A stretch of DNA of 64,000 bases from an uncultured Candidatus Saccharibacteria bacterium (GTDB lineage Bacteria > Patescibacteriota > Dojkabacteria > SC72): NCBI GenBank assembly GCA_964621555.1, contig CAZUOO010000001.1, positions 1,059 through 65,058 of the forward strand. Direction: 5' to 3'. Position numbers and translations under genes: made by a program. Below are positions 20,509 to 30,600 of the stretch, piece by piece. Below the pieces are notes generated by a model, which made no database searches, was not told where the DNA came from, and was given only the letters and a program-made list of their open reading frames with translations. Within the stretch, counting starts at the first letter, position 1. Every line of letters begins with the position of its first letter.

Positions 20509-21987
20509 ATGAAAACAGAATTAAGAGATAAAATACAAATGATCCCCCCTGCTCCAGGAGTGTATAAATTCCTTAATGAAAGTGGAGATATAATATACAT
20601 TGGGAAAGCAATCAACCTTAAGAGTCGTGTAAGTTCATACTTCACATCGAATCATGCAGACAGACCTCGAATAATACATATGGTCCCATTAGTGCATGAT
20701 ATTGATTACACAATTACAGATAATGAAATAGAGGCATTGGTATTAGAGTCCGCCCTCATTAAAGAACACATGCCGTTGTACAACTCAGACCTTAAGGACG
20801 ATAAGAGTTATGCATGGTTGTATATAAACACCAAGGACGATTACCCAACAGTAAGAATTATAAGAACAATCAAAAAGGGTGAATATAATCGAGGAAAGCT
20901 CTTTGGCCCATATCCGAGTGGTAGATCAATCAAAAGAGTTTTCAACTATATACGTAAAATATATCCTTTCTGTACTAGCAAAGACCCTACCAAGCCTTGC
21001 TTCTATTCCAGAATTGGACTATGCCCAGGCCCAAATGCGACCAAGGAAGAATATAATGCAAATATACAAGGAATTATAGAATTCCTTAAGGGGAATAATC
21101 GTAGTCACTTGAAATATCTTGAGGCAAAAATGCTCGAATATTCCACAAATGCCGAGTATGAGAAAGCTGCAGAAATTAGAGATAAAATCGCAGATCTAAA
21201 GTATCTTGGATCTGAAATTAAATTTACATATTTCAATTCAGAAGATCAGTATATTGATGACCGTGAACAACGTGCAAAGACACAGGTGAAGAAGATTGCA
21301 ACAATACTTGGATTAGATAAGCTAGATCGAATCGAATGCTACGATATATCTAACATACAAGGTAAATTGGCATACGGTTCAATGGTAGTGAGTGTCGATG
21401 GCACCCCTATGAACTCACAATATCGAATATTTAGAATAAAAACAGTATATGGACCAAACGACCCATTAATGCTAAAGGAGGTCTTAAAAAGAAGATTTGC
21501 ACATATAGGTAAGGATAAAGATGAAAGCCTTACCCAAAAACCCGACATAATACTAATTGATGGAGGTAAAGCTCAACTCTCAGTTATCAAAGACGAAATA
21601 CCTTCTGATGTATTCACGCTAGGAATAACAAAAGGTAGGAAGTATAGGAGAAAAGGGGGGAGGTTGAAGGATGAGTTTCTCCAATACAGCAATGACGATA
21701 TAATACCCGTTAACTTAGGCAAATATACTCAAGTACTTTCAATACTACGTGATGAGGCACATAGGTTTGCAATATTACATCACAGGAAATTACGAAAGTT
21801 TGTATCAAAAAAATCTATCCTTGATAGTGTAAAAGGTTTAGGCCCTGTTTCAAAACGAAAGCTCATCAAAGAGTATGGAAGTGTCTTTGAGCTTAGAAAA
21901 CTTTCACAGGAGCAACTAAATTCAATACTGAAGAATAAAACAACCGTTAATAACCTAATTGAAGCATTGCACGGTCAGAGGAATTAA
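20509..21987 (+). CDS. uvrC: Excinuclease ABC subunit C
   Basis: GIY-YIG GVYKFLNESGDIIYIGKAINLKSR, a UVR domain (EYEKAAEIRDKIADLKYL) and a C-terminal HhH. The ATG overlaps the dnaE stop (TAAATG). Confidence 0.9.
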   Translation: MKTELRDKIQMIPPAPGVYKFLNESGDIIYIGKAINLKSRVSSYFTSNHADRPRIIHMVPLVHDIDYTITDNEIEALVLESALIKEHMPLYNSDLKDDKSYAWLYINTKDDYPTVRIIRTIKKGEYNRGKLFGPYPSGRSIKRVFNYIRKIYPFCTSKDPTKPCFYSRIGLCPGPNATKEEYNANIQGIIEFLKGNNRSHLKYLEAKMLEYSTNAEYEKAAEIRDKIADLKYLGSEIKFTYFNSEDQYIDDREQRAKTQVKKIATILGLDKLDRIECYDISNIQGKLAYGSMVVSVDGTPMNSQYRIFRIKTVYGPNDPLMLKEVLKRRFAHIGKDKDESLTQKPDIILIDGGKAQLSVIKDEIPSDVFTLGITKGRKYRRKGGRLKDEFLQYSNDDIIPVNLGKYTQVLSILRDEAHRFAILHHRKLRKFVSKKSILDSVKGLGPVSKRKLIKEYGSVFELRKLSQEQLNSILKNKTTVNNLIEALHGQRN

Positions 21988-23072
21988 AATAGAGATGTTC
22001 CTGCTGGCTCAATCCTTTCTACAATAAATTTCAGAAATGGATCACTTTCCTCTGATGAAATTAATAGGTAAACCACATTATTTCTAGGGTTTCCAACTAT
22101 ATATGCATCCGCAACTGCGCCATTATTAGTAATCTTTCCTGAAATCGCCTCTTGACCAGCGATGGCAGTTACAACTGTATTTATTATTGACCATGTTACC
22201 TTCTCTTTCTTGTTTATATCTTTAAGCGCGTTCTCAAGAAACCTATCGTAAGTAAACGCACCCATGTACCCCAATGGTATAATCCTAACACTCTTGTTTG
22301 ACCCAATTCTCTGGAACTTAACCGCTTGAAGTTCCCCTAAATCGGTACTTGAATATGTAGCAAGGTAGTCAGAAGAGTAGCTAAGTACCCATGGGAAATC
22401 AGGTCTTAGGTCTTCATTGTTATTCTCAGTTAAAAGTAGTTGTAGCTCCACTTCCTTTTTAACTTGGGCTTCTAGACCGGTTCTAGCGTCTGATACTGTG
22501 ATTGTCTGATACCATATATCGTTTAGTTTTGAGTATATACGTACCCCTAACTCTCCCTTAATCCAGTATTCACCATACTTCTGCTCTTCAGATTCCAATG
22601 GAACCGTTAGTACATACTCCCACCCATTCTTTGGCAATTCTATACTGTAGTATTCAATTACATCATCAAAAGTAGTCTTTGGATCTAGCCTGTATATAGC
22701 TTGGCCTGAACTTAGGAATTTCTTAACGTCATCATTATCTAAATTATCTTTAAATATATATTTAGACTTAGGATATTCAGGTATTGAATCAAAACCAATT
22801 ACATTCACACCTGTCGATACGGTATCGCTATTAATGCTTTGACGAAGTGACGTTACATAGTTGAAGATAAGATATATAACCGATGCAAAGAGAGGAATTA
22901 TTAGGATAATTACAACAAATTGAAGTAGTTTAGCCATGTAGTTGTCACCTCTAAGCCTTCTTGCAGCACTCTTTTTATATTTTGAATCTTTCTTAGTAAA
23001 CTTTCTCTTTACCCTTTGGATGATTGATTCCTTCCTCTTAACATTTGTTTTCTTAGATATTGTATATTTCAT
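21984..23072 (-). CDS. Hypothetical N-terminally anchored extracytoplasmic protein with a Lys-rich cytoplasmic tail
   Basis: Very basic N-terminus (KRK-rich), one TM helix (FVVIILIIPLFASVIYLIF), and a ~290-aa ectodomain with no recognisable motif. Confidence 0.35.
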   Translation of the reverse strand: MKYTISKKTNVKRKESIIQRVKRKFTKKDSKYKKSAARRLRGDNYMAKLLQFVVIILIIPLFASVIYLIFNYVTSLRQSINSDTVSTGVNVIGFDSIPEYPKSKYIFKDNLDNDDVKKFLSSGQAIYRLDPKTTFDDVIEYYSIELPKNGWEYVLTVPLESEEQKYGEYWIKGELGVRIYSKLNDIWYQTITVSDARTGLEAQVKKEVELQLLLTENNNEDLRPDFPWVLSYSSDYLATYSSTDLGELQAVKFQRIGSNKSVRIIPLGYMGAFTYDRFLENALKDINKKEKVTWSIINTVVTAIAGQEAISGKITNNGAVADAYIVGNPRNNVVYLLISSEESDPFLKFIVERIEPAGTSLF

Positions 23073-23134
23073 ATAGTTATAATTTAATAGAAAGTCTGTT
23101 ATATTACAAATCTAGATAGTATAATACACAGTAT

Positions 23135-23208
23135 TGCGGGATCGTCTAATGGTAGGACACCGGCCTTTGAAGCCGTGAATCATGGTTCGAGTCCATGTCC
23201 CGCAACCA
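23135..23208 (+). tRNA. tRNA-Gln (anticodon UUG)
   Basis: Acceptor TGCGGGA/TCCCGCA with a U1:A72 pair as in bacterial tRNA-Gln, anticodon loop CTTTGAA, T-arm CATGG-TTCGAGT-CCATG and an encoded CCA. Confidence 0.8.
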
Positions 23209-23229
23209 ATATATATCCAATCTAATCCC

Positions 23230-24258
23230 ATGGAAAATTTTACTCTCCTAGTCCAGAAGTCAAAAACCATCCTAATCGCCGGTCATATGACACCTGATAT
23301 TGATGCCTATGCAAGTACTATTTTAATGGGGAAGTTGATACAAGAAAACTATTCAGAAAAGACAGTTCACATGGTAATAGATTCAAAGAACAAGATGAAT
23401 TTAATCTCACACCTAGAAGGATATGAGGAGATTGAATTGGGAAGTATTTTAGAGAAGCTAAAGAATTACAAACCAGATTTGTTAATCCTAGTTGATGGCT
23501 CAGACGTTTCAAGATTCTTCACAGATATTGAGGAATTTGAAAAGATAAGGGGAGGCACGAAGGTTGCAATATTTGATCACCATACACCAGTAGATGAAAA
23601 TGTTGATTACTATTTATCTGAGAAAAGGTGGTCATGTGTAGATGTTATATACAATAGGTTGGTAAAGCTAGAGGGTTTTAAACCCTTTAAAGGATGGGAA
23701 GAGGTTTATCTGACAGGATTAATATCTGATTCAAGCCGTTTCTACTATTCAATGCAATACTACAGAGACACATTTGATACAGTTAGCAATCTATTGGATA
23801 AAGGGTATAGCATTCGAGATGTATCTGATTCAATAACTGGGTTCACCAGAGATGAGCTAAAGGTATTCAACCTATTTATTCAAAAAGTGAAATACAATGG
23901 TAATTATGCATTCGCCTATATAACTCAGGAAGAGTTCGAGACAGAACTCAAAGGAATAGATGTTAATATCTATAAGCGAGCAAGAAGATATTACATCGAC
24001 AATATTCTAGTGAAAGTATATGACATTGATTTTTGTTACACACTTGCTCCTGATGAAACTGTAGATGATGATACTGTATATACGCTTTCCTTTAGATCTA
24101 AGCCTAATACGTATGATTGCGTAAAGCTAGTTCAAAACTTTAAAGGAGGAGGCCATATAACGGGTGCAGGTGGAACTATAGTAGCAAATAATATGGAAGA
24201 TGCGATTAAGCAAGTGGAGGAGAGTATAAGTAATACAATAGAAGAGGCAGGGCTATAG
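23230..24258 (+). CDS. nrnA: DHH/DHHA1 phosphoesterase, NrnA-like oligoribonuclease/pAp phosphatase
   Basis: DHH motifs HMTPDIDAYAS and IFDHHTP, and DHHA1 GGGHITGAGG. The ORF track starts at 23182 inside tRNA-Gln, so the start is trimmed to the MENFTLL Met at 23230. Confidence 0.7.
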   Translation: MENFTLLVQKSKTILIAGHMTPDIDAYASTILMGKLIQENYSEKTVHMVIDSKNKMNLISHLEGYEEIELGSILEKLKNYKPDLLILVDGSDVSRFFTDIEEFEKIRGGTKVAIFDHHTPVDENVDYYLSEKRWSCVDVIYNRLVKLEGFKPFKGWEEVYLTGLISDSSRFYYSMQYYRDTFDTVSNLLDKGYSIRDVSDSITGFTRDELKVFNLFIQKVKYNGNYAFAYITQEEFETELKGIDVNIYKRARRYYIDNILVKVYDIDFCYTLAPDETVDDDTVYTLSFRSKPNTYDCVKLVQNFKGGGHITGAGGTIVANNMEDAIKQVEESISNTIEEAGL

Positions 24259-24301
24259 CGCAATGTCAAAAACCTCTATATTATACCTTTCAAAGTCTAG
24301 A

Positions 24302-24329
24302 TTGTAGGGTGTAGAATAACTCATATAAA
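24302..24329 (+). promoter_or_regulatory. Candidate sigma70-like promoter (TTGTAG, 16-nt spacer, TATAAA) upstream of the SDR gene
   Basis: Hexamers are read directly from the sequence. The genome is AT-rich, so chance matches are common. Confidence 0.25.
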
Positions 24330-24346
24330 TTCGATATATTCAAAAT

Positions 24347-25090
24347 ATGGAAATAAAAGATAAGGTCGCTTTAATAACAGGTGGTTCAAAAGGAATTGGA
24401 AAAGCTATCGCACTGCTATTAGCAGAAACAGGAGTTAATGTAATAGTGAATTATAATGCGGATGAGGAAGGTGCAAATAATGTAGTAGATGAAGCTATTA
24501 AACTTGGTCGTGAGGGATTAAGTGTAAAGGCTGACATCTCCGATGAATCACAGGTGAAAATGATGTATAAAGAAATCTTGGAGAAATTTCCAGAGGGCAT
24601 TGATATCTTAATTAATAATGCTGCGATTTTTGATAGCTCTGACGGTCCTAAATCAAGCGAAGCTTTTAAGAATATATTCGATACAAACTTCCTTGGACAA
24701 GTTTATGTTACGAACGAATTTCTTGAAATGAAAAAAGAGGGGAAAATCGTATTCATTTCCTCCATACATGGAAGAATTGGGTCTGGTAGGCCTTCAGCAA
24801 TTGCATATTCTGCTCTCAAAGCCGCCTTAGATTCATATATGAAAAACCTCGCTAAAGCAGTTGCACCTCAAATACTGGTAAATTCAGTTGCACCTGGAAG
24901 AACAATTACACCTATGTGGGGTGAAATGGAACAAACTGAAATAGATGAACTTGCTCAAGATCATTTAACTAATAAATGGATTCAACCCGATGAGATTGCA
25001 GATGCAGTATTATTTATACTAAGGAATGATTCAATCTGCGGTGAAATTTTAACAATCGATGCTGGAATGAGTTTAAAAACACTAGGGTAG
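24347..25090 (+). CDS. Short-chain dehydrogenase/reductase (FabG-like)
   Basis: Rossmann motif KVALITGGSKGIGKAIA, an NNAA motif and a Y..K catalytic pair (YSALK). Confidence 0.8.
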   Translation: MEIKDKVALITGGSKGIGKAIALLLAETGVNVIVNYNADEEGANNVVDEAIKLGREGLSVKADISDESQVKMMYKEILEKFPEGIDILINNAAIFDSSDGPKSSEAFKNIFDTNFLGQVYVTNEFLEMKKEGKIVFISSIHGRIGSGRPSAIAYSALKAALDSYMKNLAKAVAPQILVNSVAPGRTITPMWGEMEQTEIDELAQDHLTNKWIQPDEIADAVLFILRNDSICGEILTIDAGMSLKTLG

Positions 25091-25147
25091 TATTATTGTG
25101 TAAAGTCCACTATACACAAACTCTATAAAATCAAGTATATTTGGTAT

Positions 25148-26569
25148 ATGAAAAACATAGTAAAGAATATTCTTAAAAAGCTTCTCTTCAAAGGCTTCTT
25201 TGAAATTGAACTTACAAATACAGAGAAAAACACCGCTGAGGAATCACTCTCAGATAAGTATGTTAATGGTTTAATGACTAGTGCTATGCTAGGAATTCTA
25301 TCTATACCTGCCATACTATTTTTAGACGTCTCTTTGCTCGTAAGCGTACTTATACCTATAACTATGGTATCTGGTACTGCATGGTTTGCTGTATCTCTCG
25401 TAAATATAAAAAGGAAATTCGAAAACTTCGGGAATGATTTAACTAAGGATCTCTATAGGAGTTTCTGTACATCATTGGTACTACTATCATTAATTGCGCT
25501 AGCTTCACTAAATAGTACGGCATTAAAGCCTCTTATAGAATTAGGGCAGTCTAGTACCATTGTAATCGCACTATCTGGTGTTATAGGTACTCTCGTTGTA
25601 TTAAAAATGATCTATGATGTATTTTCAGGTGCTACAAAGTATGACATGAACGATTCTATGCTAACAGGACAGAATGAATCAGCAGAAAGATACTTTAGAA
25701 AATCTCTTTCTCTGCTAAACTCATGTGCCACAAATCTTAGATTAGGCGGCCAAGATATTGGAGTTACTGCATATTACTTCTCTCTAGCATTTTATGAGGT
25801 ATTTAGCTATATCAAAACTATAAAAGGTGAGGATACCGATATAGATGAAGCACTCGTAAAAGCAGAAAGTCTTAAACTGAACCCTCCAACTTCTCAAGAT
25901 CAACTAGTTAGCAACACAACCACATTCATAGAACTATTTGTAGATAAAGTTTCAAACATACAAGAAAAATCTGTCGCGAAAAGTATTAAGAGTATCAAAA
26001 ATGAAATAGTCGCAGTTAAGAACAACGGTACTTCACTTGCATTGTTCAACCTAAGGCTCTCTACGATACTGGATGAAGTTGAAGATCTATTAGTATCACA
26101 AGGAGAAGCCTTGTTTATAAAGAGAACAGAGATTGAAAGACGGTTCCTAATATCTAAAGACATAGATTTAGGCAACTCTGTTCCCATAGAGATTAAGCAG
26201 GGATATATCGAAATCACCTCCGATACGGAGGAAAGAGTCAGGTCTATGAATACAGAATACTACCACACTATTAAGAAAACGCTACCATCAGGATATAGAG
26301 AGGAAACAGAAAAGAGAATATCCGCAGAGGAATTTAATACTTTATGGCAAAAAACTGAGGGACATAGACTTGTTAAAACTCGATATAAACTACCATTGGG
26401 TGATTACACAGCTGAAGTTGATATATTTGGGGAAAATAACACAGGATTGAAAATCGTAGAGGTTGAATTTCCAAGTGAGAATGAGGCAAATCGCTTTGTA
26501 CTACCTGATTGGTTTGGAGAAGAGGTTACATTTAATAAGCCATATAAGAATCAGAGTTTAGCAAGATAA
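25148..26569 (+). CDS. Membrane protein (4 predicted TM helices) fused to a C-terminal CYTH (triphosphate tunnel metalloenzyme) domain
   Basis: The C-terminal ~160 aa begin with the CYTH signature EIERRFLI and carry the later acidic and basic tunnel residues (EVEFP, KTRYKL). The N-terminal 220 aa are hydrophobic. Confidence 0.55.
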   Translation: MKNIVKNILKKLLFKGFFEIELTNTEKNTAEESLSDKYVNGLMTSAMLGILSIPAILFLDVSLLVSVLIPITMVSGTAWFAVSLVNIKRKFENFGNDLTKDLYRSFCTSLVLLSLIALASLNSTALKPLIELGQSSTIVIALSGVIGTLVVLKMIYDVFSGATKYDMNDSMLTGQNESAERYFRKSLSLLNSCATNLRLGGQDIGVTAYYFSLAFYEVFSYIKTIKGEDTDIDEALVKAESLKLNPPTSQDQLVSNTTTFIELFVDKVSNIQEKSVAKSIKSIKNEIVAVKNNGTSLALFNLRLSTILDEVEDLLVSQGEALFIKRTEIERRFLISKDIDLGNSVPIEIKQGYIEITSDTEERVRSMNTEYYHTIKKTLPSGYREETEKRISAEEFNTLWQKTEGHRLVKTRYKLPLGDYTAEVDIFGENNTGLKIVEVEFPSENEANRFVLPDWFGEEVTFNKPYKNQSLAR

Positions 26570-26571
26570 TT

Positions 26572-27537
26572 ATGGAGATCCTAAGTTTAGTTAAGGGTAT
26601 CCTCACAAACAATAATATAAGGTATAAAGATGTTACACCTGTAACAGGTGGATTTAATAATAAAGTATTGAATGTCGATAATAAATATATTCTAAAAATT
26701 GGCAACTCAGAGGAATCCTTAAATATATTTAGAAACGAGGAAGAACTATTTATTAAAATAGGGAAGTCTGCAAATGTACCTGAAATTCTCCATGTCGGAA
26801 GTTATGAAAACTATGCATACCAGATACAAGTATATATTGAAGGTGAAAAGATATTTAATAAATGGAGTAGAATTGAGAATCAGAGAAAAATAAGAATAAT
26901 TGATAGTCTAGCAATTCAACTTAAGGGATTACATGGACACAATCTTTCTAATAGCTTTGGTCGATGGTCTGAAGTCGATCTTGTGAGTAATACTTGGAGA
27001 GAATATATAACTAAACTCTTTAATACCTCAATAAAGTATGTTCAAGACTCCAATTCAGGAATCGGGGCAAGTATAATAGACTCATGGGTTTCATTCTTTG
27101 AAGCAAATATCGATTTACTCGTAGATAGTCAAAAATCCACACTTCACGGCGACGTATGGTTCGAGAATATTATAGTGGATAAAAACGATAATGTGACATT
27201 AATAGATTTCGAATACATATTAACTGCCCCTATTGAATTTGAATTAGTAATACCTGAACTAATATCTATGTATCCTAATCTTGTATCTTCACAACATTAT
27301 AAGACTGGTGACTTTTCTGATTTTGTACCACTATTATTACAATCATATCCAGACCTAATGAAGATTGCTAACCTACGAGAAAAAGTTGACCTGTACCAGT
27401 TCGTATATAATCTCTATAAGTATAGGCTAAGAAGAGAATGGGAATTGAGAAATGACCCTACGTCAATTAAGTTTCCAGATTATCTACTAGCTAGAACTTA
27501 CAATTTTATAATGAAAGAGGGTGTGAGAATGTTTTAG
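26572..27537 (+). CDS. Aminoglycoside/choline-kinase-like phosphotransferase (APH family fold)
   Basis: Catalytic loop HGDVWFENIIV and a DFEY motif (Brenner HxDxxxxN...D). The start lies 3 nt after the CYTH gene stop. Confidence 0.65.
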   Translation: MEILSLVKGILTNNNIRYKDVTPVTGGFNNKVLNVDNKYILKIGNSEESLNIFRNEEELFIKIGKSANVPEILHVGSYENYAYQIQVYIEGEKIFNKWSRIENQRKIRIIDSLAIQLKGLHGHNLSNSFGRWSEVDLVSNTWREYITKLFNTSIKYVQDSNSGIGASIIDSWVSFFEANIDLLVDSQKSTLHGDVWFENIIVDKNDNVTLIDFEYILTAPIEFELVIPELISMYPNLVSSQHYKTGDFSDFVPLLLQSYPDLMKIANLREKVDLYQFVYNLYKYRLRREWELRNDPTSIKFPDYLLARTYNFIMKEGVRMF

Positions 27538-27633
27538 GTATAGCTAATATTACTCATATCTATTACAAACTAGATATACATATTTCTTCAACCTTGATAT
27601 GCAATAATTCAAAAAAATGATACTATTACCAAT

Positions 27634-30600
27634 ATGAAAACTAAGAAGGTAAAAAGAAATATTCAAAAACTACTACTAACGATTATAGCTTCGATATTAG
27701 TACTAACAGGAACCTTCCTGTACTTCAAAGACCTCATATTTGTAAACGCAAGAGACGTAAAAATTTCAAACCTCACCTCAACCTCTGCTACTATAACGTG
27801 GGTTACAGATAAAAAGACCCCTGGTATGTTACTCATGAATGAAGGTTCTAAGTTTTCCAATTCTATGCTTGATCTTTTCACAAGTGAAAAAGTCTACGAC
27901 CAGAGAGATATACATACAAAAGCTACACGACAAGCTATTGATGGCAAAAGGAGATACACCCACTATGTCACAATCGCTGATCTAAAACCCAACGATAAAT
28001 ATACATTCAAAATTTCAAATGGAATTAGAATATGGGATATAAATGATGTAGATCAGAACGCTGAGTGGTACTCTGTTGAGAATATGTCAGACTTCTCATT
28101 CAATACCCAAGATTTAGATAACGGTAATTTCTCGCTACCACAAACACTTTCTGGAGACCTACTCGATCAGGAAGCCTCCCCATACTCTGATGGTATTATA
28201 TTTGTAAAAGTATACCCAGTGAAAAGTGACGGGAAAATCGATGAGGAGAAGGGAAGTCAAATTATTTCCTCCTATGTAGACAAATCAGGAGGATGGATTC
28301 TCGACTACTCGTTGGCGACGTCAACTCTTGAAAGTAATCTCAACGAAGCATATATTTTCGCACACATAGAGAATAAATCAGATATTCCAGGACAATTTGA
28401 GAAGGTAGCGGAAGGTAATACCGAAGTGAAACTATTTAAATACGATAGAATGCAATCACTTAAGGAGAACTTCATACCTCAGTTTGCAAGTAAAGTGCAG
28501 GCAGCTGGAAGATCTATGTGTTGCGCCCTAATTGTGTCGGGTAGAGAAAATGTATACTTTGATTATGAAAACGATTCAACCTGCGATTCTTGTGGAGCAT
28601 GCTTCCCAGTTGGAAAACCTGTGGCAGGTGGGACAATCAAAGAGGTTGGTGAGGTACAGGTATCGGGTAGTAATGACTCGGAAAGGAGAAATAGTTGTGA
28701 AAGTATGACTAGATTGGCGAGTGAAGGACTCCCAAGTGGATCATCATCAGGTGGATCTGGCAATTTTGCAGGGACTTGCAATGCAAGCCTAAAGGATTCT
28801 GAGTTCGAGTTAAAGGAGATTGATCGTGAAAGGTTCATTTCATATGCAAACAGACTGGCTGGCGATGGCAGTCAAGCAGCTGAGTGCTATAATTATGTGG
28901 TATGTAAAGCACGTCAAAATGGAATAAATCCTGCTATGATGCTCAATATTTGGGTGCATGAATCTGCAGCTAGTAACTATAAACGATTCCCAGGAGTTGA
29001 GGATATGGGCATACACTGCTATGGTGGTGCAGGTAACTATCCAGCATACCCTTGTAATCAAACCCCTAAGGAAGATATTAAAGCACAGACAGAAATGTTT
29101 GGACTCCTTCCTCATACCAAATGTCTAAATGGTGGTTTTGACATAATCAAATGGTCTACAGGATTCTGGACAGGTAATTGTACCGATACTTCATATGGTG
29201 AAAGATACTATACTGACCTTAAGCTTCAATGGAGTTCATATGGTATAGGGAGTTTTCCTAATTGGATGAAAAATCCAAGTACCGCGAAACCAAATCTAGA
29301 CTGTGATACTGATGGGGCTACTTCTCCTGAATCCCCAACAAATGGTTCAGGATCTGGTTCAAGCTCAGGTGGAAGTACATCTAACCCACAGCCAACAACT
29401 CCAACCCCAACAAGCGATACCCCACGTGAAATGTGTTGTGCTGTAATACTTGAAGGTCAAAACAAATTTATGAGTAAGCTAACAACTGCAAAAAGTTGTG
29501 CATCTGCTTTTCAAGTAGGTACAGAGGTTCAAATTGGTACTACCACTGGAAAAGTTCAGTTTGGAGCAGAAATCAACTATGAAAAAACTTCACAAGTTCA
29601 ACCACTATGTTGCGCAATTAAATATGAGGGCAGAGACAATCTATATTTCGACTATGAAAATAAGGGTGCGTGTAATAAGTGTGGTGAGTGTTTCCCTGTT
29701 GGGAGTTCAAATGGTGGAGCGAAAGTACTTGCCGTTGGAAGTGAACCTGTGAGGGGTGCTAATGATGCTGAGATGCGTGCAAATTGTGAGGCTACGGTAA
29801 GGTCTGCAAGCGCAGGAGTACCTGCTGATACACCTAGAGATAGTTCCGGTGCTAATAATTGTAATGGTGGTGTATATAACATAGTTTGTGAAAATGGACT
29901 ACCATCGCCAGATGGGAGGAAGTCCTCATCACAGTACGGCACAAATACTAGATGTATAAATCCTAACGACATTCCTAAAGATGATGGGATAATTAATGTT
30001 CCAATCACAAAAGAGAATTCGACAATATTTTCACAGTTGGCTACAACAATTCACGCCGCTGAGGCAAGCAAGGTGAAAGAAGTAAGTGGAAGCATAGTTA
30101 AGTTCACTGAGGATGGTATATATAACATTCAAATAGGGGACTACAAAGTTTCTAACGTACCAATAAACTCAGATGCCAGATATAGATTCTTTGATGATGT
30201 AAATGGGGCAAGAGGTTTTCAATCAGACAAGGACAAAGCAGTCTCTCCTAAAGATAAGAATGGCATTAAAGCTGTAAAAATTGAAAGTGCATATAGATTG
30301 GAACTAAACTCAGGGTACAATTTCATTTCCACAAACTATAAGAGAGAGCCGGGATCTATCGTAGTATCACCTAACAATCCAAACGATATAACATCTGAAG
30401 CACTCTTGAATATTGGAAACATCGATGAAATACGTCTTACATACATAACCACATATGAGGGTGGTAAATGGGTAAACGGTGTTAAACCAAGGGAAGATAG
30501 AAAGGTGGGGATTGTTGGTAACAGCTTTATCATAAATAAGAATCAAGGTTATGTTATTGTGTCCAACAGCGACCTAAAAGGGCCCCTTGCCCTTATACTA

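Noticed and set aside
17445-20645. Multiple 60-125 aa ORFs antisense within dnaE (for example 18120..18497 and 20286..20645)
   Set aside because: They lie entirely inside a high-confidence gene on the opposite strand and are low-complexity, as is typical for AT-rich antisense frames.
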